Source: Eledone cirrhosa (Eukaryota). Taken from it: a stretch of DNA of 64,000 nt. The notes beneath the pieces are model-generated. The model saw nothing but the letters and a program-made list of their open reading frames with translations, made no database searches and was not told the DNA's origin. Position 1 is the stretch's first letter. Every line of letters starts with the position of its first letter. The position numbers and the translations under genes are program-made. The stretch is taken from positions 333,126,001 to 333,190,000 of the forward strand of contig OZ024742.1 of NCBI GenBank assembly GCA_964016885.1. The letters run 5' to 3'. Positions 1 through 16,565 of this stretch are shown here, one piece after another.

Positions 1-150
1 TCTTCACCCATTGGTCATCCTCCATATGCATCACATGTCCATACCATCGCAGTCTCCACTCCTGCACACGACAATCTATCGCTCTTAGACACAGTTTCTC
101 TCTCAACACATCCATGCTCGGTCGTTCACACACATTAACATTTCACATTC
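1..150 (-). mobile_element. RTE-clade LINE ORF C-terminal fragment (runs off window start)
   Basis: Reverse strand translates NVNVCERPSMDVLREKLCLRAIDCRVQEWRLRWYGHVMHMEDDQWVK; RLRWxGHV is typical of the post-RT region of RTE elements; abuts (TA)n. Confidence 0.8.
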
Positions 151-1193
151 ATATACTACGTATATATATATATATATATATTTCCTTTGGCATTATTAGG
201 CTTCATGTCGATATGAATATACGTGGAATTAGCTGATGTTTTAAATTAATAGGGTTAAAATAAAATTCTCTACTGTACACTAGTATGAAAAAAATAACAC
301 TGTAAATGAGCTGTGTCAACGTACATACATTCGCACTAATCAAATATTTTGAATTTTTTATTTTATTTTACCGAGTGAAGATCATTAGAGAATTGTTCCA
401 GTTGCTGGCACCGAATCAAACAAATTCCTTTCCATAGGCCAAATACGTTAACCTTTGACCATTACAGAATAATTGTTTGTCTGTTAGAGTGAAAAAGCGA
501 TCAAGATTCTAAAACAACAGACTAGTAAATTAGATCAGGTCTTTGTAGAGAACCACCATAGTAGCTAGCAGCTGTCTTTAACACATTTCACTAGTTCATT
601 GCTTTCCAATTGTGATCAGCTTTTTGGAAAGAAAACAAAACAAACAAATCGAAAAAGCAATATGGTAGCGAGCAGAAGTGAAGAGTAATGGGAGATTGAT
701 GAGAATGAAGAAAGATTGTAGAAAAATAACAACAACAAATAAAAACAAATAGCAGGAAAAGACGGACAAAGAGAAATAAACCAAAGAGAGTCGGCGTGTT
801 TGTGTGTATAGGTTGGCATTGGTGAGTTTCACTAATTGAAGTGTCTCGTTTAACACCAACATGAAATTCTACTTACCATTAGTTTTGATCCACACCACAC
901 ACACCACCACCCCTTAACACATCCCTTCCTCCTCACCAAATACTGTCGACTGTTTTACTCAAATTACAATGATTTTTAATTAAACTAGTAATTAGATCGA
1001 GATAAAATGAAAGGAAAACCACAAGAAGCACAAATAAAAAATGCAATCTATCTTTCAACAAAGCCATTTACACCCCAAAACACTATCAATGCATAAATCT
1101 TACACAGCCACCCACTCTTTCCCTTTCAAATATACGCTCACACACATACCCACTCACACGCAAACACCCACGTGTATTGGAGGATAGTATCCA

Positions 1194-1239
<46 letters not shown>

Positions 1240-1268
1240 TAAATAGATAGATGTATGTTTATATTTAT

Positions 1269-1460
1269 ATAGACAATTATTAAATATATAAATAAATAAA
1301 TGACATTGTTAATTAATAAATAAATTAACTAATACCTTAACATTTCACACAAAGTAAAATATTTTGTTTTAAACATTTTCTAAGCTAGTAAAAAAAGACA
1401 AGTATAAAAGAAATAAAAAAAATGTTCTTCCTAATAATCGTCTTTTTCTCCCTATTTATA
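1269..1460 (+). mobile_element. Family A (TA)n-embedded element, 3' part only
   Basis: Aligns by eye to 2265-2466 and 25684-25883; flanked by (TA)n. Confidence 0.75.
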
Positions 1461-1484
1461 TATGTATATATATATATATATTCA

Positions 1485-1504
1485 AACTCGTGTGCTCCTC
1501 CACA

Positions 1505-1535
<31 letters not shown>

Positions 1536-1558
1536 TTATATATATATATAGGTATGTT

Positions 1559-1600
<42 letters not shown>

Positions 1601-1610
1601 TATGTGTGTG

Positions 1611-1698
<88 letters not shown>

Positions 1699-1728
1699 AA
1701 TAAAATGTGGAGGGGAAGCACACGAGTT
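1485..1728. repeat. Short inverted repeat pair (aactcgtgtgct..cctccacattttatt) bracketing a (TA)n tract
   Basis: 1485-1535 is the near reverse complement of 1684-1728. Confidence 0.75.
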
Positions 1729-1729
1729 A

Positions 1730-3277
<1,548 letters not shown>

Positions 3278-3828
3278 GTGTGTGTTTGTGTCTCATTCTA
3301 TTGAAAATTACTCTAGTGACGCTCTATTCCGGTTTGTTCCTTATCAAACTATTATTCTCATATGGACCAGATTTACATTTATCAAACAACTTGCATGATA
3401 TTATCGCTAGTTAACATATATATTTTGTAATCCCTTTTCGTTCACTATTCTATGATGTGAGATACCGTGAGTTGTTTTAGTGGTCGGGAAATAATCTGAC
3501 TCAAATTTTGTTTACCCTTTAGAATAGAAGTATGTGTCATGTGCATCTTTGCCATTGCTAATTTCATAGGTTTTCTCAGAACTCTGGTCTAGACCATTGG
3601 TACATAATGTTATGCTGACGGACAAACATTGGTCCATACCAATGTATTGGTAGTCCATGATGGCATAATTCAATTTAAACAAAACTTATATTTGACCGTC
3701 TCTAAATCTTTCTTCATGAGTATTGGTGATCATCTGTAAAATGTGCGTCATAGGTCTAGGAAATGTAATGACCTAAATTGTTCAGTTTTCTTTCTTCTGA
3801 CACGAAACATTTATATTATTTGTTTGAG

Positions 3829-4009
3829 AGCGGTGAATTGACAGTATCGGTAGAAGGTCGGAAATGCTTTCCACCATAGTTACGTTCCATTACGATGTGA
3901 GTTCAAATCCCGCCGGGGTTATCTTTGCCTTTCATCCTTATGGGGTCGATAAAATAAAGTACCAGTAATATACTGACTAATTGCTGGCCTTGTGCCAACA
4001 GTAGACATA
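3829..4009 (+). mobile_element. tRNA-derived SINE family 1 with 14-bp TSD
   Basis: A-box-like TGACAGTATCGG, B box GTTCAAATCC, shared core gcctttcatcc..ggggtcgataaaataaagtaccag; TSD ATTATTTGTTTGAG at 3815-3828 and 4010-4023. Confidence 0.9.
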
Positions 4010-4204
4010 ATTATTTGTTTGAGTATAAATGTGTCTGCTGATTATACTGAGATGTCAGGTGTATAAATGACATATGTATGCTTTTCTTGAAGATGTTATG
4101 AGGTGATACAGAGGGAATTGTATGGCTCAGAAGCATTTTAATAACTGTCTATGTTGTTTCCATTTTTATTGTTGGTATAGGTTAATGAGTAACAAACACT
4201 ATTC

Positions 4205-4440
4205 AATTGGTATATCCAGGCCAGCAGACGGGCCTTACTGAAGTAGTTTGACCTGCTAAGTCAGCAGCCAAATCTCCGTGAGATAACGGCCTATTTTATT
4301 AATAAAAAGACAAATTGGATAGCGTAGGCCTAGGTTCCCAGCACTAGGGAAACAACATTGAATTTGTTACACCTAGAAAGCTGGTTATCATAAGTTTGCC
4401 CTTAAAAGTTTGACAAGGTACTAATCAACATCAACAACAA
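4205..4440 (+). mobile_element. Old dispersed repeat with (CAA) tail
   Basis: Motif ttgacctgcta..cagccaaatctc recurs near 50800 and 51290. Confidence 0.45.
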
Positions 4441-5732
4441 CTGGAATCATTCTACAAAGTAGTGAGTTTTGAACTCGTGAAAAACAATTGGGTAGCATAT
4501 GGGATGGCATTGACCTGTAACTTATTAAAGTGTGGGTGTGAGCGTATTTTTTAGGTGTATCCGTGTACGTGTATGTGCCTGTTAACGAATATGAGCATTT
4601 AAAAGAATATACGTATAATGTTCTAGTTTATAAATAAGATTTACAATATATCCGTATTTACTCATAAGTATGAGAGCCCAAACACGACATATAGGAGCAG
4701 GTGTAACAGTGGTTACAAAATAGAATTCAGTCACCTAGTTTCCTTTTAAGTTCAGGCAAATATATATTTACATATATATTTCGGTCCACTCACACCTGAG
4801 AAAGAATATTGCTTGATAGAAACTATTTGAAAATCCGTAAAATGGATTATATTATGAATCATGATTTCGTCCTCTATTCCATAAGTCTCGGATATTCTGG
4901 AGAAAAGGTCATGTAGAGCGCTGCCATTCCTTTTAATGACTAATTCTTTAAAAGAAAATATCTCTTGGCAGTTGATTTAATCGAGTGTTGAAAAGATATC
5001 ATTTTACTTCAAATGAGTCATGTTGCTTTATGTTGCCAAACAACAAACCCACCTTTTATGAATTACTTATTCATATTGATTTGGTTCTACCAGGTCTCTA
5101 ACTCTCGAAAGTATAATTCTCAGAAAAGAAGAACTGTGCAGTGATCTTTTGAATTTTCTTCACTTCAGCACACAAAATAATTATCTGTTGTAATAGATAT
5201 CTATTTACAACTAGCATACAATGATTCAGACTAAGGTGCCACATATAATAATTATACGCATAAAAACATATATTTACTCATGGTGTGAGTATATTAGGCT
5301 GTGATGATTTCACTGCTACCTCAACATTGGAGTAAAAGCAGTGGATTTGTTTAACTTCCTAGGTGTTGCTATCCGTCAGCTATTCCACGTATCACAATAT
5401 GCCGAGCCATGACATAGGATACCATTTTAAAAATTTTGTAAAGAAACCATTCTTCATGAAACATTATTTAGAGCAACCTTGACCAGCTACTATTTATCAA
5501 CGATAGCAGAATAGATGTATGTATGAACCAATACGCAATAAGTTTACATATATTTAGTGCAGATAAATATATTTTGAGACATTTAATACATTGTCGTTTC
5601 GTGATACAACACGTTACAGGACTCCCTACATTCTAGTATTAATATTATATATAACATTGTCATCATTAATGTAGCCTGATAAAGCTTACTGATTGTTACT
5701 GTATTATACACATTGATAAATTGAGTATTGAT

Positions 5733-6045
5733 GAGGGCATGTGGCTTAGTGTTTAAGGTTTTGTGCCTACGATCCTAAGGTTCTGAGTTCGATTCCAGGA
5801 ACAATCGGTGTGGTGCTACATTGAGTAAGACACTTTATTTGTTGCGCCAGTTCATTTAGCTGGAAAACATTAGTTGCGATAACATTACTGCCAAGCTCTA
5901 CTGACATTTAGTTTTGGCTTGGAATCATCTATGTCATAGAAAGAAGAAACTTACATGTAAAAGCGACAGTTTGACGTTCAGAAACCACCATGTACAGGCT
6001 TGTGCATCAATGCCGGAAAACCATGGTTAATCAGGCATGCGTATA
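5733..6045 (+). mobile_element. tRNA-derived SINE family 2 (CORE-like)
   Basis: Head gtggcttagtg..gttcgattcc followed by ttgagtaagacacttt; related copies at 13.0, 15.5, 34.6 and 48.1 kb. Confidence 0.7.
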
Positions 6046-6164
6046 AAATCTTAAAATAGTGTCAGTGTAAATATCAAAATAAGTTTTATCTCTACTGTTG
6101 AAGGTAATTATGCATTTTTTATGAACAATAAATTATTTTCAAACAATCATTTAATTCTTTTATT

Positions 6165-6660
6165 ATTATATTGTTTCAGTCATAAGAGTGCAGCCATCCT
6201 CGAGCAATGCTTTGATTTAGTCGATCATATACACCCGATTATTTATTTTTCGTGGGTGGCTCTTAATTCATCAATATTATTGTTATCGAACTTCTAAGTT
6301 ATTGAACACAGACAGGTTCATACAGACATCCGCATACGTGTAAACATATATATATATATATGTGTATGTGTGTGTGTATGTGTATGTGTGTGTGTGTGTG
6401 TGTATGTGTGTGTGTGTATGTATATATATATAGAGAGAGAGAGGAGGAGAGAAAGAGAAAGCGATGTGTAATATACCGACCACGGTGCCTAGTGGTTTCG
6501 GCTTGTGTTCAACAAGACCTTTTCAAAGGTTTCTGCTGTTTCTGCCAAAGAAATTCAAATGAGAAGTCACAAGTCACTTGGGGCTCTAATAAAAGACACT
6601 TGCCCAAGGTAACTCGCAGGAAGGTTGCGAAGAGAACTTCTCAAATATATATTCAATGCC
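6165..6660 (-). mobile_element. Decayed CORE-type SINE with internal microsatellite
   Basis: aagacacttgcccaagg (reverse complement of a CORE-like motif); tail similar to the copy at 8905. Confidence 0.55.
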
Positions 6661-7832
6661 TGCACCTGTTTCTACATGTATCCATCAATAAAATTTCTAT
6701 AATGATTGGAGATCAAACCCGAATATGTTTTATCTCTAAAGTTGAGGTTAATAGTGTGAGAAATTGTAATTTTATGAACTATAACTCATATCAGACATAT
6801 GAACATTTAATAATTCTTAGTGGTTGGTTTCATTGGTATAAGAAGAAAATTACTTGACTGTTACAAAAGAGAAATTACTGCTCTTCATTGATGAATGATG
6901 TGGCACATTATTAGAATTTATCACACAATTAGCCCACCAACCACAGCCAGTTCTTACAATTTCTTCCCCCTTGATTTTCTTTCTAACTTTCAGACATGAT
7001 AGTTTCCAATGATCTGTGTAGGCGTACTCGTGCGCACGTGTATGTGTAGGCTTATGTGAATATTTGTGCTTATACGTATGCGTGTTTGCGTAAATATGCA
7101 TGCCATTATATGAGTGCGTATGTGAATGTTTCCGTTTCTGGAGACATGTGTGTGGATGTGTAATTTTGTGCGTCAGTATGTGTATTTGAATGTTTGTGTA
7201 TGTATACATGTACATTTCATTGGGATACCGATGGATGCGATACTTGTCTCAATCTATCACTGTGTGTGATTATATATGAATTGTAGTGTTTGTATAAGAT
7301 TTTGTGAGATCATGAGAATGCTATATATCTATCTATTTTCGTCTGTCATAACCGGCACCCCCCTCCCATCCGACACCTACACAAACAAACGCAGACACAC
7401 ACAGATGGAGGTAGGTTATATTTTCTTTTTGAAAAGGTTATTACAATGCATATTGGCTATAATGTAGTGGAATAAAATAGGAAATAAAACCCTTTCAGAT
7501 TTAATGTATGCATGTATATATGTGAGTTTGTATGTATGTATATATGTTTGTATGCATAGAATGAGGGTTGGTTGGATGGAATGTAATGTAGTGTATGTAT
7601 ATATATATGCTTGGGTGAATATATGAATGCAAATTTTGTTATATCTAAGTGAGCATGCTTGTATGTATGTATGATGCATGTATGTACGGGTACATTTCTG
7701 TGCAATTTTGTGTGATTCAGTGTTTGTAAATATGCACTTAAAACTATATTGGTGTGTAAGTTTATGTGCATGTACACTGTAGCGTGAAAGTCTATGGGTG
7801 TGTGTTTGTGTATATACGTGTGTGTGCCTGTG

Positions 7833-7947
<115 letters not shown>

Positions 7948-8283
7948 CTCTGGTGACATCCTTTGTTGATGTAACGTATATAATTGTATGTATTCATGTA
8001 TATATATGTATGTATGTATGCAGGTATGCATATATGTATGTATTTATGCATGTATGTTTGTATGTGTATATGCATGTATCTATGTATGAAAGTATGCACT
8101 TCATGCTTTATATGTATGAGTATTCATTAATGTGTTTCATGCTTCATTGAAAATAAAAGATTACTAAATAATTTTTGTGGCTCATTTTATTGCAGTTGTC
8201 TAATTTTTGTTTCATGAAAAATACAATTTAAATTTTTAATTGCTAACGGTAATATTGTTCCCATCATCATTTTCGTTATAATG

Positions 8284-8331
<48 letters not shown>

Positions 8332-8375
8332 TCAGCTGCGACGACAACAACGACGACGACAACGACAAAAACGAC
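8284..8375. repeat. (CAA)n/(CGA)n trinucleotide repeat
   Basis: Direct inspection. Confidence 0.95.
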
Positions 8376-8904
8376 AATTCTTTCTAACCATCACGAGCAT
8401 CATGTTACACAGCATCATCATCTCACTCGTCATCATCATGTTCTTCATCGCAACCATTATTATTGCTATTATCCTTATTATTTTATTGTTGTTGATTGTT
8501 GTACTTTTTGTTGCTACTAGAGTTGACATTTAGCTGTTGCAATAAATGCATTCTGATTTTTTAAAAGCGCCATTTTTACGATTTTACGACCGTAGAAACA
8601 TTAGCATCCACAAACACACCGCTTCACTAAAGCACTGTGGTTTCTCAGATTATGAATTATCTCTTATTTTTTTTCTTGTGTTATTACTTTTCTTATTTTC
8701 ACTTTTCTTTCTCTCCCTATCGGTTCCAACCAACTCCTTTCTTAAAAGTCTTGCAAAGATTTATTGGAATTCCCATCACTTGTTTCTTTGTTTCCTTTAA
8801 ATTCTATGTTATTTTATTGTTTTCCCATTCAGATTAAGTTCTCTCTTTCTATATTTTATTTCCTTCATTGCAAACAATTTATTTATTTATTATGCTCTTT
8901 TATT

Positions 8905-9262
8905 ATTTTACTGTTTTCAGTTATTAGACTGAGGCAATTGGTGGGGCACTGCTATGAAGTGATTTAGTCAATCCCAATTTTTTGGAACCGCTACGTTATA
9001 GGAGATAAACACACACACATACACACACATGCATACATATATATATACATAAATACATACATGCATACATACATGCATACATACATACATATATATATAC
9101 ATGCATACATACATATATACATACATGCATACATGTATACATACGACGGGTTTTCTCCTGAATTTCTTTCACGAAGTGTTACTCAACCTTAGACGATATA
9201 TAGTAGAAGACGCTTGCTGATGTAGTTGCGTGGTGAACTTCTTCGCCACACACTCATGCTCG
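8905..9262 (-). mobile_element. Decayed CORE-type SINE with internal (CATA)n
   Basis: Similar organisation to 6165-6660 (tttcagt..tagactg, gacggg.., tagaagac). Confidence 0.5.
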
Positions 9263-9922
9263 CGTTAAATTGTTTATTTTTATTTTTATTTTCCCTCTAT
9301 TTCTTTTATCACTCATATTGTGTTCTCTCTCTATTTTATTTCATTCAGTGCAATCACTATTATATTTTCTTTCGGTGTAGTATTTTATTGTATTTATGCC
9401 TATCTCTGTGACATCTAAACCTCTGTTTAACCATTCATCCTCTTTTGCTTTCTATATTTCTTTCTTTTGTTTCATTTCGAATGTATGACATTTTTAGCAT
9501 CACCATTTATACAATATAGTAACGAAATATTGAATGAAGTTACTCTTTCTTTTATTTAGCGTTATTGTTTATAAGCTATATATGTTTATGCCAATTGCGA
9601 TTGTATGTACGTATGTAGTGTGTATGTTTATATTGTATATTTATGTATTTATGTATTCATTGTGTATTTATGTATTTATGTATGTATTGTGTATGTATGT
9701 ATGTAAGTTACATATACATATATGTATGTGTATACATAGTTTAGTATGCACGAATGCATGTATCGCCACGGTGGGAAGCCATTTTTTTTATTTTCTATGA
9801 CAGGCTGGAAGAGTTGGGTAAACAACCCAATGAAAGTTACGTAGCTGTGTATATCACTCTTGTAATTAAATATAATTAACCCTTGGATATTTATACCGAA
9901 TTAGTACTACAATATATACACT

Positions 9923-9982
<60 letters not shown>

Positions 9983-11228
9983 AGGGGCTGACCAATTTTA
10001 CTTTCAAGGAATGCAAGAAAGTTTAATGCAAACGTATACTTCTGTTTCTAAGTGGTTCTTTCCGTGACGTTTCTGCAGTTAATTTGTTTGCGAAGTCATA
10101 GGGACAAAGATCCTGTCATAGCTCTAACACTTGTATTGCTGAGAACAATTATATTCAGTTCCGGTTAATGCTTTTGTTCGTTAACCTCATGTGGTCACAC
10201 ACTGATCAAAGCTTTTAGTAAAAGCGATCCAGCTTTGAGCAAAATTTCTTCTTTATTTTGTTATGTATCTTCTATCGAATACAATCACTTTCCAATACAA
10301 TTCTACATATTTTTGGTTTAAGAGATTATGATGTGAATTGAGGGAAATATTCCTAATAATTTAACAAAAAAAAAGGGTGTAAGTTAAGTCTCGTATGTTG
10401 GTTTGTTTTCTTTCATAACTCTAGTTAAATCCCTAATTTAATCTGGCGATAATAGAGGTTGGCAAAACAAATAAATTATAAGGAATTTAGTGTGCAGAAA
10501 AATGCCTGACTAAACATAACATAGTAATGACAACAGATAAATCCTATTATCCGAGACTTAATGTTTCCTAACATTACGTTTAGCAATACAGACAGCTAAA
10601 TTTATCTTTGAAGTGTTGAATGGCTACTAGCCAAAAATATTCTTGGTTTGCTAAATGCGAAACTACCTGTAATGCAAAATTTATCTCTGTATTTTGTTAT
10701 GACAAAGATTATGCATCAAACTAACGTCCGAGACAATTGATATCAAGTAATCATTTATATATCAAAGAGCAAGTGTTCAAATGTTCAAAAGATATACTAT
10801 CATATGCAAAATGAGAAATATTTCAACGATATCAGGAAACGGGTGTGTTTCCAATTCAACTTTGTTGAAAATATGTTTGATTGGAATATTTTCCATCTCC
10901 ATTGGTTCGGAAGACATATGTTCCACCTTCTTGAACAATGGAACAAATTGCTTTTAAAATTAACATGCACGTGACAGAATATTCCACAGACAGCAGTACG
11001 CTAACGTAGATCAAAGTGAATTTCAATGTGATGCAGTTTGTGTAATCTTTTAACCTGTAACCAACAATTCATTATCCAGAAATGTATGTCTTTAGCCTAA
11101 ACTGAGAAAACTTGGGAAGAATTTATATTTAGTTCAGGGCCCATATTCATGTACTTGTGTGCTCTGAGCTCAACCTCTCCCTTCTTCTACCAGGAATTGC
11201 AACAAAGAACAAAACAATAGAAATATTG

Positions 11229-11436
11229 GTTCCTTATATAGGCCTGTAATTTGGAGGGAGGAGAAAGTCAATTTAAATCGACCCCAGTACGCTACTGGTG
11301 CTTTATTTTATCGACTCCATAAGGATGAAAGGATAAGTTAACCTCGGTGGGATTTGAACTCAGATCATAAAAGGCCGGAACTCTATGCCGTGAAGTATGA
11401 TGTCCGACGCTCTACCGAGACCGTCAATCCACCGCC
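11229..11436 (-). mobile_element. SINE family 1, long variant, 11-bp TSD
   Basis: ggatttgaactcaga (B box, reverse), core, 5' end ggcggtgga; TSD TAGAAATATTG on both sides. Confidence 0.9.
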
Positions 11437-11502
11437 TAGAAATATTGCTTCCTTGCTCCCTTCCTTCCTTCGTTTGCCGCTGCTACCACTGTTGCCATGG
11501 TA

Positions 11503-11507
11503 GTTGC

Positions 11508-11547
<40 letters not shown>

Positions 11548-11640
11548 CTTCTTCTTCTTCTTCTTCTTCTTCTTCTTCTTCTTCTTCTTCTTCTTCTTCT
11601 TCTTCTTCTTCTTCTTCTTCTTCTTCTGTTGTTGCTGTTG
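11503..11640. repeat. Compound (TTG)n-(TTC)n microsatellite
   Basis: Direct inspection. Confidence 0.95.
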
Positions 11641-12226
11641 CTGTCGCTGTATTTGAATTCATTATTTTTGCTGCTACTGTTGAGGTTGTCATTGCATTTA
11701 GATATGTTATTGCTGATATTGCATTGTTGTTGTTGTTAATGTTGTTGTAGTTCTTGATGTTGTCGTACATCAGCAATCAGACACATAGGACAAATCACAG
11801 ACAAAAAAGAAACAAAACAAAAATCAAATAAACTATAGAAAAAACAAAACAAAAATCAAATAAACTATAGAATAATAATAAACCAATCAAATATGTATTA
11901 AATTTTCATATTTAGACGTCTGCAAGATTATAAAAATATCGATTCGGCCAGCACAATATTCTAGCTTCTAACTTAATAACCTCCTTTCTCTCCGTCATTT
12001 TAATCATAACTTACTTTTGCTAGCGACATTAAGATAACAAGGGAGACTATCAAGAACAGCATACTCTAACTTCTTAGTATTCTTACTATTCTGCATTTAT
12101 CCTTTTAATGCATTTATCCTTTTAATGATTTCACTCATTAAAGTTCGGCCATAATGTCACATCTCCTTATCTGTTTTTCTCTATTTATCTCTCTCTCCAT
12201 CCTCCCTCTCTCCCGCTCTCTCTCTA

Positions 12227-12301
<75 letters not shown>

Positions 12302-12350
12302 AAAAATATAAACGTGTGTGTCTACATATATATATCTAAACATATGCGTG

Positions 12351-12481
<131 letters not shown>

Positions 12482-12959
12482 ATGTGTGTGTGTGTGTGTG
12501 TATGTCTGTGTGTATAAATGCATGAGTGTATGTATGTGTGGTTCAACAGTAAGTATGATGAGCTGCTACACAGTTTCACTTACTCGGATATTTTAATTAA
12601 GTAAAGAACTGAAAAGGTGTTTGTTAAATAGACTAATGAATATCTAATATTTTATACCGCTTCTCACTCAGTCTTTCAGTTAATTAATCTGTGACACACC
12701 TAAATGTGCTCTATGTAAATGAGAAAATGCTGTGCATGTTGATAATGGTATTTCAGAATAGTAACTGTAAACCATATCTACTCCTCTATGTAAAACGGGT
12801 GAAGTAAGGAAACAACAGCCGAGCCTGTGCGCTTGTCCAACATATTGGTCATTACAGTGAAGCCCTGATATTAAACCAATAACGTATATTCGTACAGTGA
12901 TATTTATTCATATTAAACGAATATATAATATTTCAAATGTACAGACTCTCTCACACTCA

Positions 12960-13198
12960 GTGGTTCAAGCTCAGTACTTAAATCATTTCCCTCGGCGTTA
13001 AGCGATTGAGAGTACAAGGCGTCACCTTGGAAGGAAGACAGTTCATTTCAATGTTAACCCCCGATACTCCCCTGGTATTCATTTTAAAAGGAGTATCAGC
13101 AACGTGAGATGAAGTGTTTTGCTCAAGAGCTCAACACGCAAGTCAGTTAGGGAATCGAATCAATGACGTGATGATCGTAAGTCCAATCGCAAGCCGAA
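12960..13198 (-). mobile_element. SINE family 2, decayed
   Basis: gcaacgtgagatgaagtgttttgctcaag and ggaatcgaa match the reverse complement of the copies at 5733 and 34630. Confidence 0.6.
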
Positions 13199-13243
13199 AA
13201 TCATCACAAAACACACCATCACAAAACACACCATCACAAAACC

Positions 13244-13288
<45 letters not shown>

Positions 13289-13690
13289 CCTCTCGCTTTC
13301 TCTCTCTGTTAACGTAGCCAGGACCGATTGGGCTAATCTTCAGCGGAGTTCAGTCCTAATACTAGTTTGGGATTTTGCACGAGATACTGGCAGAATCAAA
13401 AGTTAAGCCCACTGTTTATGTGGTAGCATTTACACACTGTGTAGCATCAGGGGACCTTCTAAAGGAAGGGAGTAGAATTCCACTGTTACAAAAATGAACA
13501 CTATTGGAGGTTAGATTCAATTGATTTGAAATATTCTCAAAGTAGTTAGGTAAATAAGAAAAACGTGTGCATAATACGTAGGAACTGACGTAATATAAAA
13601 GAAATTGTGTTCAACTTACGATTGAAGGCAAATATGTTATTGTGGCGAAATAATATTTATACGTATATATATATATATATATTTCGTTTC

Positions 13691-13725
13691 TTATTGGCAA
13701 CATGACCCCCCCCAAAGCATAACAA
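13691..13725 (+). mobile_element. Family C terminal stub inside (TA)n
   Basis: ttattggcaacatgacc..ccaaagcataacaa matches 30295 and 61608-61643. Confidence 0.7.
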
Positions 13726-13796
13726 TATATATATATATATGCGTGTATAGATGCACATACACACACACACACACCCATTAATATATATATATATAT

Positions 13797-13856
<60 letters not shown>

Positions 13857-13945
13857 TGTAAGTATGTATGTTTACGTACATACATATATGTATACAGGCG
13901 TACAGTTGTATGTATATATATACATACATGCACATATATATATAT

Positions 13946-14094
13946 GCACGTATCGGTTTACCGAACATTTATTGTAATGTTCGCTTTGTTTGTAAACAGA
14001 CAAACAGCCCGAATTACGCCGTACAGTGTTTAGGCAACCACGTCACCTTTTTGTTCAACACTCACACGGGAACGATGTACTAGTTTCAAGCTTA
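13946..14094 (-). mobile_element. Family D element, truncated inside its hammerhead
   Basis: Close match to 57256-57404; begins at (TA)n. Confidence 0.8.
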
Positions 14095-14658
14095 GATAGA
14101 TAGATATAGATATATGTATACTTTCACGCATCATATACGTAGATACACGGGCCCAAATTCAATGATAGAAAACTGGGGGACATTAAAATATAATAAATTA
14201 TGCGTTAAGAATTGTAATTGTGATTGTGAATTTGTGTAAAGCACACCACATCATTGTTTCAGTATGTGTTTAATATCATTATCGCCATCTTGGTTTCTTT
14301 CATCATGCTAAAGTTTTTACAATGATAGTTGCCGGAAATCTGTACATTCCATACAAATATATGTGTGAAATGTGATAATCTTCCTTATTAGGATCACAAT
14401 TTTCAGCTGATATATATCGTGGTTGGATTGGAAGTGAAACAAATACGAATAACAACTCTCATCAGCTACTTCACTGTCGCTACCATCAGCGCTACGTGTA
14501 CCTGCGGAACGTATGTATGTTTTTACAACCATCTACTGGAAATAATAGCCAGATATCCTTCAAATCAGATAACACCTTCTTAAATAATATATTCATTACA
14601 AAATGGAATATTTGATCCATCTCACTTTCACAGTAATATATATACACACACGCACACA

Positions 14659-14759
<101 letters not shown>

Positions 14760-14814
14760 GTATATATATAAAGAACCGTGGACACAGGTGTAACACGTTT
14801 GAACAATCATTGTT

Positions 14815-15005
14815 CGGTGGATTGGCAGTATTGGTAGAGGGTCAGACGCCATGCTTTGCAGCAAAGAGTTACGGCCCTTTATCGTCTGAGTTCAAATCCC
14901 GCCGAGGTTAACTTTGCCTTTCATCTTTACGGGTCGATAAAATAAAATACCAGTAATGCACTGGATAAGTGCTGGCATTGTGCCAAAAGTAGAAACAATT
15001 ATTAT
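14815..15005 (+). mobile_element. SINE family 1, short variant
   Basis: TGGCAGTATTGG A box, GTTCAAATCC B box, core, (ATT) tail. Confidence 0.9.
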
Positions 15006-15300
15006 TTGATATTTGCCTGAATAAATAGAAAAACAGGTGCCACTCAGGATAGTGATCTATTATAGATTAGTGTTATTTAATAGATAATTTGACTATTTAT
15101 TCCTGGATTATACTTGTGATACGCTCTGTAATGCTGATCGTGCTAGAGAATTATACTAGCTATACGTACCTGGGAGATACTCTGCCAGTTACATAATATT
15201 TAACGATTGAGGTTAACGAAAAATATATTGCAATATTTGATTTGGCTTGAGTTGCAATACCGGGGAAGTGAACGCTGATTTGATCATGACTGGGTTCGAT

Positions 15301-15351
<51 letters not shown>

Positions 15352-15499
15352 TTCTATTTCATGCTCAATCTCTTTCTGTACCCTCCTTCCAAATGAAATT
15401 GAATACTCCAGTCTTTGTCACACAGTATCACGCTGATTTGGATTGAGACATGTTGTAAAGCTATACCTATCTTTAAAACTCTGGGACTGCAAGTTTAAT

Positions 15500-15720
15500 T
15501 ACATATGGTTTGTGAGTGGGGTGTTAGCTATTGATTACAACTCGTGAATTCGATTTTAGGCAGAGCGTTTTGTCCTTAAACAGCTGGAAAACGTGATTTA
15601 GAACAGTAATTGAAGGGGCCATGTTTGTCACAAATATTATCTCGCTGAATCTCGTTACGTTAACAGTAAGCTATTCTGTTTTTTAACAACTGGCACACTA
15701 GCTGTCGGAAATGTCGGAGG
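15500..15720 (+). mobile_element. SINE family 2, heavily decayed
   Basis: Residual ttcgatt..gcgttttgtcctt and tail similarity. Confidence 0.4.
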
Positions 15721-16430
15721 TCCAACGAACACTAATAGATAAAAAAAATCACTGATTGCGAGAGAAATGGGTTTTAGGTTACACAATGTATACATATATT
15801 TTGTGCCCTACAATGATAAAAAAGATTACTCAACGCATATACACTACAAGTGCTCAACACTAATAGAGAAATACTCAATTGAATACACACTTCCATTGAT
15901 GTAATCGTCATGAGCGGCATTCGAAAACGATACATTGAAGAAGGAGCGAAAATATTGACAATATAATAACTCGCTCAAAGATAAACATGAATATAGCATT
16001 CACATGCACATACAGACATACATACATATATGCATGCTTGCATGCATAAATACAAAATTATATAAATACATACATTCATACATACAAACATACATATATA
16101 CTCATACAAATAATTACACAAACTCTTACATACACATATGTATGAAAAATGAAAAAATGTGGCATAAATATAGAGAGAACAGCCAAGATGATCAAAGAAG
16201 ATAAAAGAATACACGGTCACACACAAGCACAATATAGACACACAGGCACGTATAAGCACACCAACAAACACACAAACAGTAACGCCACAAGCACCTATAA
16301 GCTAAATGCGTAAGAGTTCATTTACCCAGATATGTCATACACACAGACACACATACATGGATATATACAGACACCCAAGAAACGTCAACAATTCATGCAT
16401 CCATAGGTACATACTTATATAGAAGCATAG

Positions 16431-16496
<66 letters not shown>

Positions 16497-16526
16497 GTGC
16501 GTGTGTACGTATTTATGTATGTTTGT

Positions 16527-16565
<39 letters not shown>

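Noticed and set aside
360-480. Minus-strand YGKEFV*FGASNWNNS resembling an L2/CR1 ORF2 end
   Set aside because: Too short and degenerate to support a call
3829-3912. tRNA-like A and B boxes
   Set aside because: They belong to SINE heads; no cloverleaf or acceptor stem, so not tRNA genes
14407-14510. Possible internal exon (tttcag ... gtatgt; DIYRGWIGSETNTNNNSHQLLHCRYHQRYVYLRN)
   Set aside because: Splice signals are plausible, but the donor overlaps a (GTAT) repeat and no protein family is recognised
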